A stretch of 64,000 bases of DNA from an uncultured Candidatus Binatia bacterium (GTDB taxonomy: Bacteria > Desulfobacterota > Binatia > UBA9968 > JAJDTQ01): assembly GCA_965215605.1 (NCBI GenBank), contig OZ244070.1, forward strand, positions 1,920,001-1,984,000, written 5' to 3'. The position numbers and the translations under genes are program-made. Positions within the stretch are counted from its first letter, which is position 1, and every line of letters starts with the position of its first letter. A model generated the notes under the pieces. That model saw only the letters and a program-made list of their open reading frames with translations, was not told the origin of the DNA and searched no databases. Shown here piece by piece: positions 1-9,401 of this stretch.

Positions 1-365
1 TGTTCGACCGGTTCCCCGATCTTCGGGTGGGTTTTCTCGAAGGCGGCACGTCGTGGATTCCGCTGGTGCTCGACCGGCTGAACCGCGAGGTGGAGTACGG
101 CGGCCTGCAGCTCAAGAGGGAACCCCTCGACTACTTCCGTAGCGGCAGGGTCTTCATCGGATGCGAGGGCAACGAGGACGTGCTGGTCTACTGTGTCAAT
201 CGCATAGGACACGAGGTCTTCATGTTCTGCTCCGACTTCCCTCACGAGATCACCATGGACAACTGCATGGAGGAGATCGACGAAATCCGCGACCGGGAAG
301 AGCTCACCGACGAGCAGAAACAGGCCATTCTCGGGGACAACGCCCGGAACTTCTACAAGATCTGA
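1..365 (+). CDS. Amidohydrolase family protein, 3' partial
   Basis: C-terminal motifs GFLEGGTSW, F-C-SDFPHE and ILGDNARNFY; truncated by the window edge. Confidence 0.85.
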   Translation, partial: FDRFPDLRVGFLEGGTSWIPLVLDRLNREVEYGGLQLKREPLDYFRSGRVFIGCEGNEDVLVYCVNRIGHEVFMFCSDFPHEITMDNCMEEIDEIRDREELTDEQKQAILGDNARNFYKI

Positions 366-402
366 CGCAAGGGCGGCGGGAAGGGGAGGCCCTTTCCGCC
401 GC

Positions 403-431
403 TTGACGCTTCCGGACCGAGGGGCTACCAT
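403..431 (+). promoter_or_regulatory. Putative sigma70 promoter of the RRM gene
   Basis: TTGACG-N17-TACCAT, directly after a GC hairpin (373-402) that follows the upstream stop. Confidence 0.55.
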
Positions 432-591
432 GGTTTCGTCCCTTGGGGACAGACCATCGTAAGTCTCACCTTGCGAAGCCTACTCGAAGGACCGACCGAG
501 ATCGTGGTTCAGAAGAGGATCTTGCCATCTCCGACTCCTTTTGAAGTTAGCATTCAGGGTGTATGGCCATAACGTTTCAGGAGGAGCACAG

Positions 592-867
592 ATGGAAGGC
601 AGGAGACTCTATATCGGCGGGTTGCCGTACTCGACGACCGATATGCAGCTCGAGGAAATCTTCTCGGCGCACGGCACCGTTGAATCCGCACAGGTCATCA
701 TCGACAAGTTCACCGGGCGCTCCCGGGGGTTCGGATTCGTGGAGATGGGTACCCCGGACGAGGCCGAGGCCGCGGTCAACGCCCTCAACGAGACGGACCT
801 CGGAGGACGCACCATCACCGTGAACGAGGCCCGGCCCCAGCGCCGTGACTTCGGAGGCCGCCACTAG
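592..867 (+). CDS. RRM RNA-binding protein
   Basis: RNP2 LYIGGL and RNP1 RGFGFVEM; AGGAGGAG RBS before ATG 592. Confidence 0.93.
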   Translation: MEGRRLYIGGLPYSTTDMQLEEIFSAHGTVESAQVIIDKFTGRSRGFGFVEMGTPDEAEAAVNALNETDLGGRTITVNEARPQRRDFGGRH

Positions 868-1162
868 CGCGAACGGGACGTCCGTCCCTCGCCGGCTCGA
901 TTCCAACCGTCATGACGGGCGCTCGGGCGCCCTTCGAAACACCCAAGCCGTGGGGCATGCGCGCCTCACGGCTTGACCCCATCCTTTCCCGGCGTGAATA
1001 CGCCGTCCGAACCGTCACCCCACGCACCCACAACCTCATTCCGGGCACCGCAGCGTCATCCCGGGCTTGACTTGGCGTTTCGCGTCATTGCCATTTCCCT
1101 ACGAATCGTGCATTTAGGCCTTGAGCCGACACAAGGGACCGGAGACTGAAAGGAGAGTCGAG

Positions 1163-2284
1163 ATGGCGACTGGCAACGGGTTCGGCAGCGCGAGCAAGAT
1201 CAAGCAGGTGGGACGCATGGACCTGCCCGGCGGCGGCAAGATCGAGGTGGACAAGGGCTTCGCCTACGTGGGGCACATGGACCCGCCTCACGGCACCTCC
1301 GTCATCGATGTGCGCGATCCGAAGAATCCCAAGCTCGTCGCCCAGCTAGACGTGCCTCCGGGGATCCACTCCCACAAGGCCGCGGTGAGCGACGGCGTGA
1401 TGATCGTCAACTACGAGCGCTACGAGAACAACCAGGATGCTCAGGGCGGCCTCAAGGTGTTCGACGTGTCTGATCCGGCCAAGCCGCGCGAGACGGCGTT
1501 CTTCGAGGCGTCGGCCAAGGGCGTCCATCGGTTCACTTTCGACGGCCGCTACGCCTACTTCTCGCCGGTGCCGGAAGGATACGTGGGCAACGTCTGCATG
1601 ATCCTGGACCTGGCGGACCCGGCCAACCCGCAAGAGGTGGGCCGTTGGTGGATGCCGGGGCAGTGGGTGGCCGGCGGCGAGGAACCGACGTGGCCCGGCA
1701 CCATGCACCGCTGTCATCATCCCATCCGCCGGGGCGACCGCCTGTACGTGAGCTACTGGCACGGCGGTTTCGTGATCCTCGACATCTCCGACATGAGCAA
1801 GCCCACTCTGGTGAGCCATTTCGATACGAGCCCACCCTTCCCGTCGCCCACCCACACCGCCCTGCCCATGCCGGAGAAGCTCATGGGCCGGGAGATCCTG
1901 GTGGTGGTGGACGAGGAAGCCCAGAAGTCGGCGCCCCTGCCTTACGCCTTCATGTGGGTGGTGGACATCAGCGACGAAGCTCATCCCGTGCCCATCGCCA
2001 CGTTCATGCCGGACATCGACGGCGAGCCGACGGACCGCTACGGCGCGCATCAGCCGGCGGAGCAGGTCTACAGCAACGTCCTCTACGTCACCTGGTTCAG
2101 CGGCGGCCTGCGCGCGGTGGACGTGTCCAACCCGTACCGGCCCAAGGAGGTAGGCTACTACGTGCCCGAGCCCGGCAAGGGCCAGAACACGGTCCAGAGC
2201 AACGACGTCTTCCATGACGAGAACGGACTGTTGTACCTGATCGACCGCCTCGACGGGCTGGAGATCCTCGAGCCCCAGGTGTAG
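1163..2284 (+). CDS. LVIVD-repeat beta-propeller protein
   Basis: Repeated (L/V)xIxDxSDPxxP units, HSHK, RLYVSYW; RBS AGGAG before ATG 1163. Confidence 0.85.
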   Translation: MATGNGFGSASKIKQVGRMDLPGGGKIEVDKGFAYVGHMDPPHGTSVIDVRDPKNPKLVAQLDVPPGIHSHKAAVSDGVMIVNYERYENNQDAQGGLKVFDVSDPAKPRETAFFEASAKGVHRFTFDGRYAYFSPVPEGYVGNVCMILDLADPANPQEVGRWWMPGQWVAGGEEPTWPGTMHRCHHPIRRGDRLYVSYWHGGFVILDISDMSKPTLVSHFDTSPPFPSPTHTALPMPEKLMGREILVVVDEEAQKSAPLPYAFMWVVDISDEAHPVPIATFMPDIDGEPTDRYGAHQPAEQVYSNVLYVTWFSGGLRAVDVSNPYRPKEVGYYVPEPGKGQNTVQSNDVFHDENGLLYLIDRLDGLEILEPQV

Positions 2285-2307
2285 GGCCCGGGGTTCACCG
2301 CACCGCC

Positions 2308-4716
2308 ATGGCGGATCGACGGAACGGCTCGGAGCCGCCCGCGGCACTGGGCCACCTTCGGGTGGTGGAGCTGGGAGACGTGCCCGCTGCCTACGCGGGC
2401 CGGCTGCTGGCCGACCTCGGCGCCGACGTCATCAAGGTGGAGCCGCCGGGCGGCGCCCCCGAACGCAGGCTTCCACCCTTCGCCGGAGGTGTTGAGGACA
2501 TCGAGCGGAGCCTCACGTCCATCTACGCCAACACCAACAAGCGCGGTCTGGTGCTGGACCTCTCCGCGGCCACGGACCGGGACATCTTCACGAGGCTCCT
2601 GCATTCGGCGGACGTATTCATCGAGGCCACGCCGCTGGGCCGCCTGGAGGAATGGGGCTTCACCGACCCGTGGTTGGAGGAGGCCTGCCCCGCACTGGTG
2701 ACGGTGTCCATGACGCCCTTCGGCCGTACCGGCCCCTACCGTCACTACAAGACCAGCGACGCCATCACCAACGGCGCCGGCGGCTTTCTCTACGGCCAGG
2801 GAGACGACGAGCGCGGGCCATGCACCGCGCCGTCCCACTCCGCCTACCAGGTGGCCGGGTGCGTGGCCGCGACCCTGGCCGTGGCCGGAGTTCGGCACCG
2901 GCGACGCAGCGGCGCGGGCCAGCGGCTGGATGTCTCGCTGCAGGAGGCCCTGACCTTTACCAACAGCAGCTCCATCGCCCGCTACACCCTGGAGAACCGC
3001 ATGGGGCGCCGGCCCGGCGCCAAGACCTACGGCGGCTCGGTGACCAACATCTACCGCTGCAAGGACGGCCGCTACGTCCACTTCACCGCCAACCTGCCGC
3101 ACATGTGGCGCGAGTTGACCCAGAACTGGATGACCGGCACGGTCCTGTCCGAGCCGCAATGGGAGGACATGGCCTACCGGGACGCCCGCAGCGACGAGGC
3201 CTCCGCGGTGGTGGCGGAGTTCATCGGCGGCTTCACTGCCGACGAGTTCGTGGCCGAGGCCCAGGGGCGGCATCTCTCCGCGGCTCCCCTCAACACCGTG
3301 GGCCAGTTCGTGGAAGGCGAGCAACTGGCCGCGCGCCACTGGCTCCAGGAGATCGAGCACCCGATCATCGGCCGCTACCGGGCGCCGGGTTTCCCCATGC
3401 GGCTTTCCGGGACCCCCATGCGGGTGCGCCGTCCGGCGCCGCTGCTGGACCAACACCGGCAGGAGGTGCTGGCCGAGCTGGAGCGGGGCAGGGAACCCTG
3501 TGCGGTGCCCGCGCAGACGGACGCGGAACCGGGCGACGGCATGTTGTCGGGGCTCCGCATGGCCGACCTGACCCAGCAGTTCGCCGGCCCCCTGGGCACC
3601 GAGATCCTGGGCTACTACGGCGTGGAGGTGCTCAAGATCGAGTCCAGCACGGTGGCGGCCCGGGGCCGGGGCGCCGCCATCCACGCCGACATGAACCGGG
3701 CCAAGCTGGGCGTCACCCTGAACCTGCGGCACGACCAGGGCAAGGAGATGTTCCGCCGGCTGGTGGGGCGCTCCCAGTTGGTGGTGGAGAACTTCAGCGT
3801 GGGAGTCATGGAGCGGCTAGGCTTCGACTACGAGTCGCTGCGCAAGGTGAACCCGGGCATCATCCAGGTGTCCATGCCCGGCTGGGGCAGGGAAGGGCCG
3901 CTACGGTCGTGGGTGGCCTGGGGCTGGCAACTCCTGGCCTACACCGGCCTCATGCGGCTCTGGGGCTATCCCGAGTCGCCCATGCGCGCCCGCTGCAAGA
4001 TCGCCTGGCCGGACCGGGTGGGCGCCATCACCATGGCCCTGGGAGTCGCCGCCGCCGTGGAGCACCAGGAACGCACCGGCGAGGGACAGTTCATCGAGGC
4101 CTCCATGCTCGAGGCCCAGGGCGCCATGATGGGCCCCGCCATCCTCGACTACACGGTCAACGGCAACGAATGGGACACGCTGGGATACCGGGAAATACTC
4201 GGGGAGCCCTACGCCCCCTACGGCTGCTACCCGTGTGCCGGCAACGACGACTGGGTCATCATCGCCTGCGAGACCGACGAGGAGTGGCGGGCCATGGCCG
4301 GGGTCATCGGCGCGGGCTCATGGGCCGACGACGAGCGCTTCGCCGACAAGGAAGGGCGGCGGCGGCACCGCGACGAGCTGGATGAGAAGCTGACAGGGTG
4401 GACCCGCACCCAGACCGCCCGCCAGGCCTTCCGCCGCCTCCAGGAAGCCGGCGTGGCCGCCGGCATCCCCATGTCCGGCGAGGACCTCTACTACGACCCC
4501 CACCTGCGCGAGCGCGGCCACATCGTCGAGATGGACGAACCCCCCTGGGGCCGGGTCGGCCACCACGGCATCCCCGGCATCCCGTCCCGCTCCAAGGCGA
4601 GCGCCGCCCAACCCGCGCCCTGGATCGGGGCGCACAACGCCTATGTGCTGGGCGAAGTACTGGGGTTGTCGGAAGAGGAGATCGCCGCATTGGAGGAAGC
4701 GGAGGCGATCAAGTAG
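2308..4716 (+). CDS. Fused two-domain family III CoA-transferase (CaiB/BaiF)
   Basis: Two CaiB domains: LADLGADVIKVEPP/NTNKRG and LSGLRMADLTQQFAGP/NRAKLG. Confidence 0.9.
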   Translation: MADRRNGSEPPAALGHLRVVELGDVPAAYAGRLLADLGADVIKVEPPGGAPERRLPPFAGGVEDIERSLTSIYANTNKRGLVLDLSAATDRDIFTRLLHSADVFIEATPLGRLEEWGFTDPWLEEACPALVTVSMTPFGRTGPYRHYKTSDAITNGAGGFLYGQGDDERGPCTAPSHSAYQVAGCVAATLAVAGVRHRRRSGAGQRLDVSLQEALTFTNSSSIARYTLENRMGRRPGAKTYGGSVTNIYRCKDGRYVHFTANLPHMWRELTQNWMTGTVLSEPQWEDMAYRDARSDEASAVVAEFIGGFTADEFVAEAQGRHLSAAPLNTVGQFVEGEQLAARHWLQEIEHPIIGRYRAPGFPMRLSGTPMRVRRPAPLLDQHRQEVLAELERGREPCAVPAQTDAEPGDGMLSGLRMADLTQQFAGPLGTEILGYYGVEVLKIESSTVAARGRGAAIHADMNRAKLGVTLNLRHDQGKEMFRRLVGRSQLVVENFSVGVMERLGFDYESLRKVNPGIIQVSMPGWGREGPLRSWVAWGWQLLAYTGLMRLWGYPESPMRARCKIAWPDRVGAITMALGVAAAVEHQERTGEGQFIEASMLEAQGAMMGPAILDYTVNGNEWDTLGYREILGEPYAPYGCYPCAGNDDWVIIACETDEEWRAMAGVIGAGSWADDERFADKEGRRRHRDELDEKLTGWTRTQTARQAFRRLQEAGVAAGIPMSGEDLYYDPHLRERGHIVEMDEPPWGRVGHHGIPGIPSRSKASAAQPAPWIGAHNAYVLGEVLGLSEEEIAALEEAEAIK

Positions 4717-4725
4717 CCCGCGGTT

Positions 4726-5454
4726 TCAGGTTGGTCTGGAACTCCCCACGTTGGGCATCTGATCCCACACTTGGTTGTCCAGGGTTCTTCCTGTTCTCTT
4801 CTTGAATACCCCGCCCCATTGCTTGAAAAAGAATGGCACCTTGTTCTGTAGGCAGTTGTCGCGGATTTCCCGTATCCAGTCGGCTTCCATCGGTCGTGCC
4901 CTCGGTCCCGATTCGCCGCCGACAATCACCCAGTCGATGCCATCAAGGGGCATGCCCGTTAGTGGTCCAAGCAGGGGTTCCAGCGATAGAAATTTGACCA
5001 AAGCACTGGTTTCTCTGAGTCGCTCCAACCTGTCCAACCACCGTACCGACTCGATACTCGTTCCGAGCCAGATATTCGGCGTCCATGACAGCCGGTTCTT
5101 TAGTTGTAAGACCCGCCCGGGTCGCTTGGTGAGCACCTGGAAGGTGTGTTGGGGTGAGCGGTTCATAGCATCGAACACCGCACCGATGAACTCGGTCGGG
5201 ACCGATTTGTGGAACAGGTCCGACATGGAGTTGACAAAAACAAGATGCGGCCGACGCCAACTCGCGGGCTCCTCCAACGTACGCGGGTGGACGGTTACCT
5301 TGAAGCCCTCTCGGTACTTGTGCGCCCCCATGGCTTGCAGCCGCCTGGACATACGCTCCGCGTAGCAGTGTTTGCAGCCAGGACTGATCTTCGTGCACCC
5401 GGTTACCGGATTCCAGGTGATCTCAGTCCATTCGATGGCGGAGCGAGAAGCCAT
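4726..5454 (-). CDS. DUF5131 (phage Gp37/Gp68-like) three-Cys-motif protein
   Basis: [50 protein letters not shown]. Confidence 0.92.
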   Translation of the reverse strand: MASRSAIEWTEITWNPVTGCTKISPGCKHCYAERMSRRLQAMGAHKYREGFKVTVHPRTLEEPASWRRPHLVFVNSMSDLFHKSVPTEFIGAVFDAMNRSPQHTFQVLTKRPGRVLQLKNRLSWTPNIWLGTSIESVRWLDRLERLRETSALVKFLSLEPLLGPLTGMPLDGIDWVIVGGESGPRARPMEADWIREIRDNCLQNKVPFFFKQWGGVFKKRTGRTLDNQVWDQMPNVGSSRPT

Positions 5455-5456
5455 GC

Positions 5457-5576
5457 CTAAAGATGTTCCAGGATATGCCCTGCGATACGTTTGGCAGTGG
5501 CTGTTCCTTTCGGATTGCCTACGCAGAACAATAGCTCGAACAACGGCGAATTCCTGGAGTTCCTCGGCAGTTGGTC
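5457..5576 (-). pseudogene. tcmP: 3' remnant of three-Cys-motif partner protein TcmP
   Basis: [32 protein letters not shown] resembles TcmP C-termini; its stop is 2 nt before the DUF5131 start; upstream part replaced by a crotonase gene. Confidence 0.65.
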
Positions 5577-5581
5577 GATCT

Positions 5582-6472
5582 TTATGAATGCGCCCCTTTG
5601 GAGAACGGCCCGAAGGGTTCCGGGCGGAAAGGCTCGTCCCGGGCTTCGAAGAAGGCCCGCAGGCCGCCCTGCTTGCGGGCGTCCTCCAGCCTCTTGTTGA
5701 ACTCTTCCCGTTTGGAGAGCCGGGCCATGGCGCTCAGCTCCGAGTTGAGCAGCCAAGCCTTGTGGAGCCCCATCATCTCCAGCCCCTGGGTGGCGATGGC
5801 CAGGTTGATCTTCACCGTCTCGGGCGGCACCAGGGCCACGCGCTCGACCATGCGGAAGCATTCCTCCAGGAGTTCCTCCCTGGGCACGACTTTGTTGACC
5901 AGGCCGATGCGGAGCGCTTCCCCCGCGTCCACGTGGTCGCCGGTGAGGGCGTAGCGCAGGGCGTTCTTGGGGCCGGCCAGCAGCACCCAGATGAAGTCGG
6001 TGCCGGCGGCTTGGCGCACTTGGGGCTGGCCGAACACGGCGTCGTCCGCGGCCACGGTCAGATGGCAGGTCAGGGCCAGCCACGAGGCCGTGCCCAGGCA
6101 CCAGCCGTTGACCGCGCCGACGATGGGCTTGGGGTACTCCCAGCGGTAGAGGCGCCGCCGCAGGATTTCCTCGCGGTCCTTGTCCCGGACGTCGTCGAAC
6201 TCCTTGTAGAGTGGCACTCCCTCCGGCAGGGCTTGGGGCCACACGGTGTCGGGGACATCTTCCCCGGACATGTCCTCGCCGGTGGAGAAGCAGTCGCCCG
6301 AGCCGGTGAGAATCACGCCCCGCACTTCCGGATCGTCCTTGGCCTCGGCCAGGGCCGTGTCGAGCTCGGCCAGCAGCGCCTCGCTCAGGGCGTTGCGCCG
6401 TTCCGGACGGTTGAGGGTGATGAGGACGCCGCTGCGTTGTTTTTCGTAGAGGATGTTCTGATAGGTGGTCAT
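5582..6472 (-). CDS. Enoyl-CoA hydratase/isomerase family protein
   Basis: [37 protein letters not shown]. Confidence 0.9.
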   Translation of the reverse strand: MTTYQNILYEKQRSGVLITLNRPERRNALSEALLAELDTALAEAKDDPEVRGVILTGSGDCFSTGEDMSGEDVPDTVWPQALPEGVPLYKEFDDVRDKDREEILRRRLYRWEYPKPIVGAVNGWCLGTASWLALTCHLTVAADDAVFGQPQVRQAAGTDFIWVLLAGPKNALRYALTGDHVDAGEALRIGLVNKVVPREELLEECFRMVERVALVPPETVKINLAIATQGLEMMGLHKAWLLNSELSAMARLSKREEFNKRLEDARKQGGLRAFFEARDEPFRPEPFGPFSKGAHS

Positions 6473-6529
6473 GGGGTCTCCTCGCGGGATGTTCGTTTCC
6501 GGGTGCCGTGTGGCCTTCGGCCGGCGGCC

Positions 6530-7408
6530 TTACTCCTTGGGCTTCGATCTCGGACCGAACGGTTCGGGCTGGAACGGACCGTCGCGCAGTTGCAGGTACT
6601 CCCGGATGTTCTTCTCCCTGGCCTCGTTGAGCGGGCGGCGGTGCTCCTCGCGCAGCATGACGTGGGCGGGGGCCGAGAGCTGGGAGTCCAGCATCAGGGC
6701 GTCGCGCAGGCCCATCATCTCCATGCCCAGGGTGGCGATGGCGAGGTTGATCTTCACCGTTTCGGGCGGCACCAGCGCGATGCGGTCCGCCAGCTCGAGG
6801 CACTCGTCCAGGAGCCGCTCATGGGGCACCACCTTGATGACCAGGCCGATACGCAGGGCTTCCTGGGCGTCGATGTGGTCGCCCACCAGGCCGTAGCGGA
6901 GCGAGTTCTTGACCCCGGCGAGCATGGTCCAAAGGAAGCTCGTGTTGGAGCCGTGGCGCACCTCGGGCTGGGCGAAGACCGCGTTCTCCGAGGCGATGGT
7001 GATGTGGGTGCACAGCGCCAGCCACGAGCCCGCGCCCATGGCCCAGCCGTTGATGGCGCCGATGACCGGCTTGTCCAGCTCCCACAGCCGCAGGAACTCG
7101 TTGCCCTCCCGGCCGCGCCAGGAGTCGATCCAGTCCGACGCGGACTGCCCCACCGGAACGCCGTACGGCCACTCGAGATCGCGCCGCCGCCCGGGCTTGG
7201 GTCCCTGGTCCATGCCGGCGGAAAAGGCGCGTCCGGCGCCGGTGATGATGACGGCCCGCACCTCCGGGTCGGCCACGGCCTCGTCCAGCGCCGCAGACAT
7301 CTCGTGCTGGACCGTGGGGCTGATGGCGTTCATGACCTGCGGCCGGTTCAGCGTGATCAACCCGGCGGCGCCGCGTCGCTCGTACAGAATCTCGGTGTAG
7401 TTTGCCAT
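6530..7408 (-). CDS. Enoyl-CoA hydratase/isomerase family protein
   Basis: ITLNRPQVMNAI, GRAFSAGMD, KPVIGAINGWAMGAG, FAQPEV. Confidence 0.92.
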   Translation of the reverse strand: MANYTEILYERRGAAGLITLNRPQVMNAISPTVQHEMSAALDEAVADPEVRAVIITGAGRAFSAGMDQGPKPGRRRDLEWPYGVPVGQSASDWIDSWRGREGNEFLRLWELDKPVIGAINGWAMGAGSWLALCTHITIASENAVFAQPEVRHGSNTSFLWTMLAGVKNSLRYGLVGDHIDAQEALRIGLVIKVVPHERLLDECLELADRIALVPPETVKINLAIATLGMEMMGLRDALMLDSQLSAPAHVMLREEHRRPLNEAREKNIREYLQLRDGPFQPEPFGPRSKPKE

Positions 7409-7426
7409 GGGGTTATTCCTATCTTC

Positions 7427-8062
7427 TTATTTCTCTTTCTTCCACACGATGCGGTAGATGCCGGCGATGTCGGCGAGCGGCATGATGATGGGGTCGTAGC
7501 CGTGGGCGATGCTGATGAGGACCAGATTGCCGTTCTGTTTCTTGATGCGCTTGATCAGGTACTCGCCGCCCACGGTCTTGACCACGCAGTAGTCGCCCGA
7601 GTGCCATTCCTTGTTGGGCGAGCACACGACGATCTCCTTGTCCTCGTAGCGCGGGCTCATGGAGTCGCCGCGGACCTCGACCCCGAAGGCGTTGGCGTCG
7701 CCGAGGTCGTAGGGGCGCGACACCCGGCGCCAGCCCTCGCCCACCGGAAAGCCGTCCTCGGAGAACTCCCCCCGGCCGGCGCCGGCGCGTCCCACCACCG
7801 GCAGGTCGTCCGGCACGTGGCCGGACACGTCCCGCACCTGGTCGTTGGTGGACAGGAGCCATTCCAGGGAGACGCCGCACACCGACGCCAGCCGGTGCAG
7901 GATGGCGGACTGCGGCGCGCGGTCGCCGGCCATGTAGTTGTAGACCGCGGTCTTGGAGATTCCCGCCCGCGCGGCCACGTCCAGCGGGTCCCGGTCCGCT
8001 AGGGCGAGGGTCAGGCGACGGGCGAGATCGGTCTTGGGTAGTCTTGTTTTTTTCCTTGGCAT
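7427..8062 (-). CDS. XRE HTH + S24 peptidase (CI/LexA-like) repressor
   Basis: N-terminal HTH (VAARAGISKTAVYNY), AG cleavage site (VGRAGAG), catalytic VRGDSM and LIKR. Confidence 0.9.
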   Translation of the reverse strand: MPRKKTRLPKTDLARRLTLALADRDPLDVAARAGISKTAVYNYMAGDRAPQSAILHRLASVCGVSLEWLLSTNDQVRDVSGHVPDDLPVVGRAGAGRGEFSEDGFPVGEGWRRVSRPYDLGDANAFGVEVRGDSMSPRYEDKEIVVCSPNKEWHSGDYCVVKTVGGEYLIKRIKKQNGNLVLISIAHGYDPIIMPLADIAGIYRIVWKKEK

Positions 8063-8091
8063 CGTGTATATAGTTCTCGATTGAAAAAATG

Positions 8092-8129
8092 ATTGACATT
8101 ATAGTAGTCAATTGATAACTTCCCGTCAA
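8092..8129. promoter_or_regulatory. Divergent promoter/operator region
   Basis: ATTGAC-N9-GTCAAT palindrome (8092-8112); + strand TTGACA-N17-TAACTT; exact TATAAT on the - strand (8098-8103). Confidence 0.6.
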
Positions 8130-8172
8130 GCAGCGGTCATGACGCGACTCTCAACGGGAAGGAAGGACCAAG

Positions 8173-8451
8173 ATGGCAAGTGAGACGAAACGACATCTGA
8201 AATCGGTGGCTGGAGGCCGCGAAACGAAGAAGTGGGTGGAGGTGGACGCCTCGCTGGTAGGGCTATCGGTGCTCTCGGCCCTGCACAAGCTCGACCACGG
8301 CGAGGAAGACGAGGCCGACGTGGAAATCGGCGGCCGCACCCTGCGAATCCGTCTTGACCCGCTCAAGAAGCGCGTCCTGATGTTCGAGCTCAAGAAGACC
8401 CGAAGCCGCAACCCCCGCCTCGGCGGTCCCGGCACCAAGTCCCTCCACTGA
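8173..8451 (+). CDS. Small hypothetical protein divergent from the repressor
   Basis: GGAAGGA RBS, GC3-rich codons, 92 aa, no recognisable family. Confidence 0.65.
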   Translation: MASETKRHLKSVAGGRETKKWVEVDASLVGLSVLSALHKLDHGEEDEADVEIGGRTLRIRLDPLKKRVLMFELKKTRSRNPRLGGPGTKSLH

Positions 8452-8473
8452 GACCGGCGACGCCACCGGCGGC

Positions 8474-8640
8474 ATGCCGCGTGACGACCGAATCACGCGC
8501 CAGTGGCGGCCGCCGGAAGTTGGAGGGCTCCCGAGGGGCGACCCTCCAGCCGCATCCTTGCCTGAATACGACTCGCGCCATCCCCGCATCATCCGGCGTC
8601 ACCTCGAAGCCATCAAGGCGGTCCGCATTCCCCTGACAAG
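8474..8640 (+). pseudogene. Degraded 5' fragment of a WYL/HTH regulator
   Basis: MPRDDRITRQW...AASLPEYDSRHPRIIRRHLEAI aligns with the N-terminus of the intact WYL at 27175; indels and truncation. Confidence 0.8.
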
Positions 8641-8661
8641 CTGGCATCATTTACCGGGTCT

Positions 8662-9108
8662 TCATCCCCTCCCCGCGCGCGAGTGCGCCGACCAGGGATT
8701 CAATATGGGAACCCCGGTTCCCTGGAAGTCCTTCTCGTTACGGGTACAGAGTGTCAGGGAGTGCACTCGTGCCGTAGCTGCGATGAAAAGGTCCGGCTGG
8801 CCGAAAGTGATGCGCCTGTCTCTGCCCCACGCGACCATACGCCGCCATTCCAGAATCACTTCCTCGTCTACCGGAAGGATGCGCCCCGCGAACCAGGGTC
8901 TCAGCCGCTGGGCGAGCCAAGTTTCGAGCTCCTGATGAGGAATGAGGTCGGTTTGTCGCTCGATTCCGAAACGAATCTCTGCGAGGGTCACGCTGCTCAA
9001 GAAGAAGCCATCCGATGGCTGCGCATCGGACCACGCCTTCACCCGGCCATCGGGTCGGGTCTTGCGCAACTCGGATACGACGTGCGTGTCGAGCAGCCAT
9101 CCGTTCAC
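8662..9108 (-). CDS. vapC: PIN-domain (VapC) toxin
   Basis: WLLDTHVVSEL, DLFIAATA, TRNEKDF; overlaps the antitoxin stop. Confidence 0.92.
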   Translation of the reverse strand: MNGWLLDTHVVSELRKTRPDGRVKAWSDAQPSDGFFLSSVTLAEIRFGIERQTDLIPHQELETWLAQRLRPWFAGRILPVDEEVILEWRRMVAWGRDRRITFGQPDLFIAATARVHSLTLCTRNEKDFQGTGVPILNPWSAHSRAGRG

Positions 9109-9401
9109 AGATCGACCTCTCGAACGGGGCTCCTTACGCCTTCGTCGCCAAAGTCCAAGCGGTTCAAGGGGGACTTGGACAACAAATCGTGCAGGCTCAC
9201 CGACTCAGCGCGCGCGCAAAGGCGTTCAAACTCGGACGTCGCGACGATGACGACGGTATCCTTGCCGCGTACCGTTACATGCTGCGGTTGACCGGAGGCG
9301 GCGAGGCGGACGACATCGCTGAACCTTGCCTTGGCCTCCCCTAGCTTCCAACCGTGAAGCGCTGTCGGACTGGTCTGCGAACCTTGACGAGACTTACCCA
9401 T
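9105..9401 (-). CDS. Phd/YefM family antitoxin
   Basis: WKLGEAKARFSDVVRLA...PQHVTVRG; upstream palindrome TGACC-N5-GGTCA (9419-9433). Confidence 0.88.
   Translation of the reverse strand: MGKSRQGSQTSPTALHGWKLGEAKARFSDVVRLAASGQPQHVTVRGKDTVVIVATSEFERLCARAESVSLHDLLSKSPLNRLDFGDEGVRSPVREVDL

Noticed and set aside
5588-8002. 804-aa + strand ORF and many other long antisense/alternate-frame ORFs (e.g. 16006-18084, 44210-46435, 44743-46809)
   Set aside because: Shadow ORFs of GC-rich genes, low-complexity and without motifs.
7427-8451. Prophage
   Set aside because: Only a repressor and a small ORF; no integrase, replication or virion genes, and no att sites seen.
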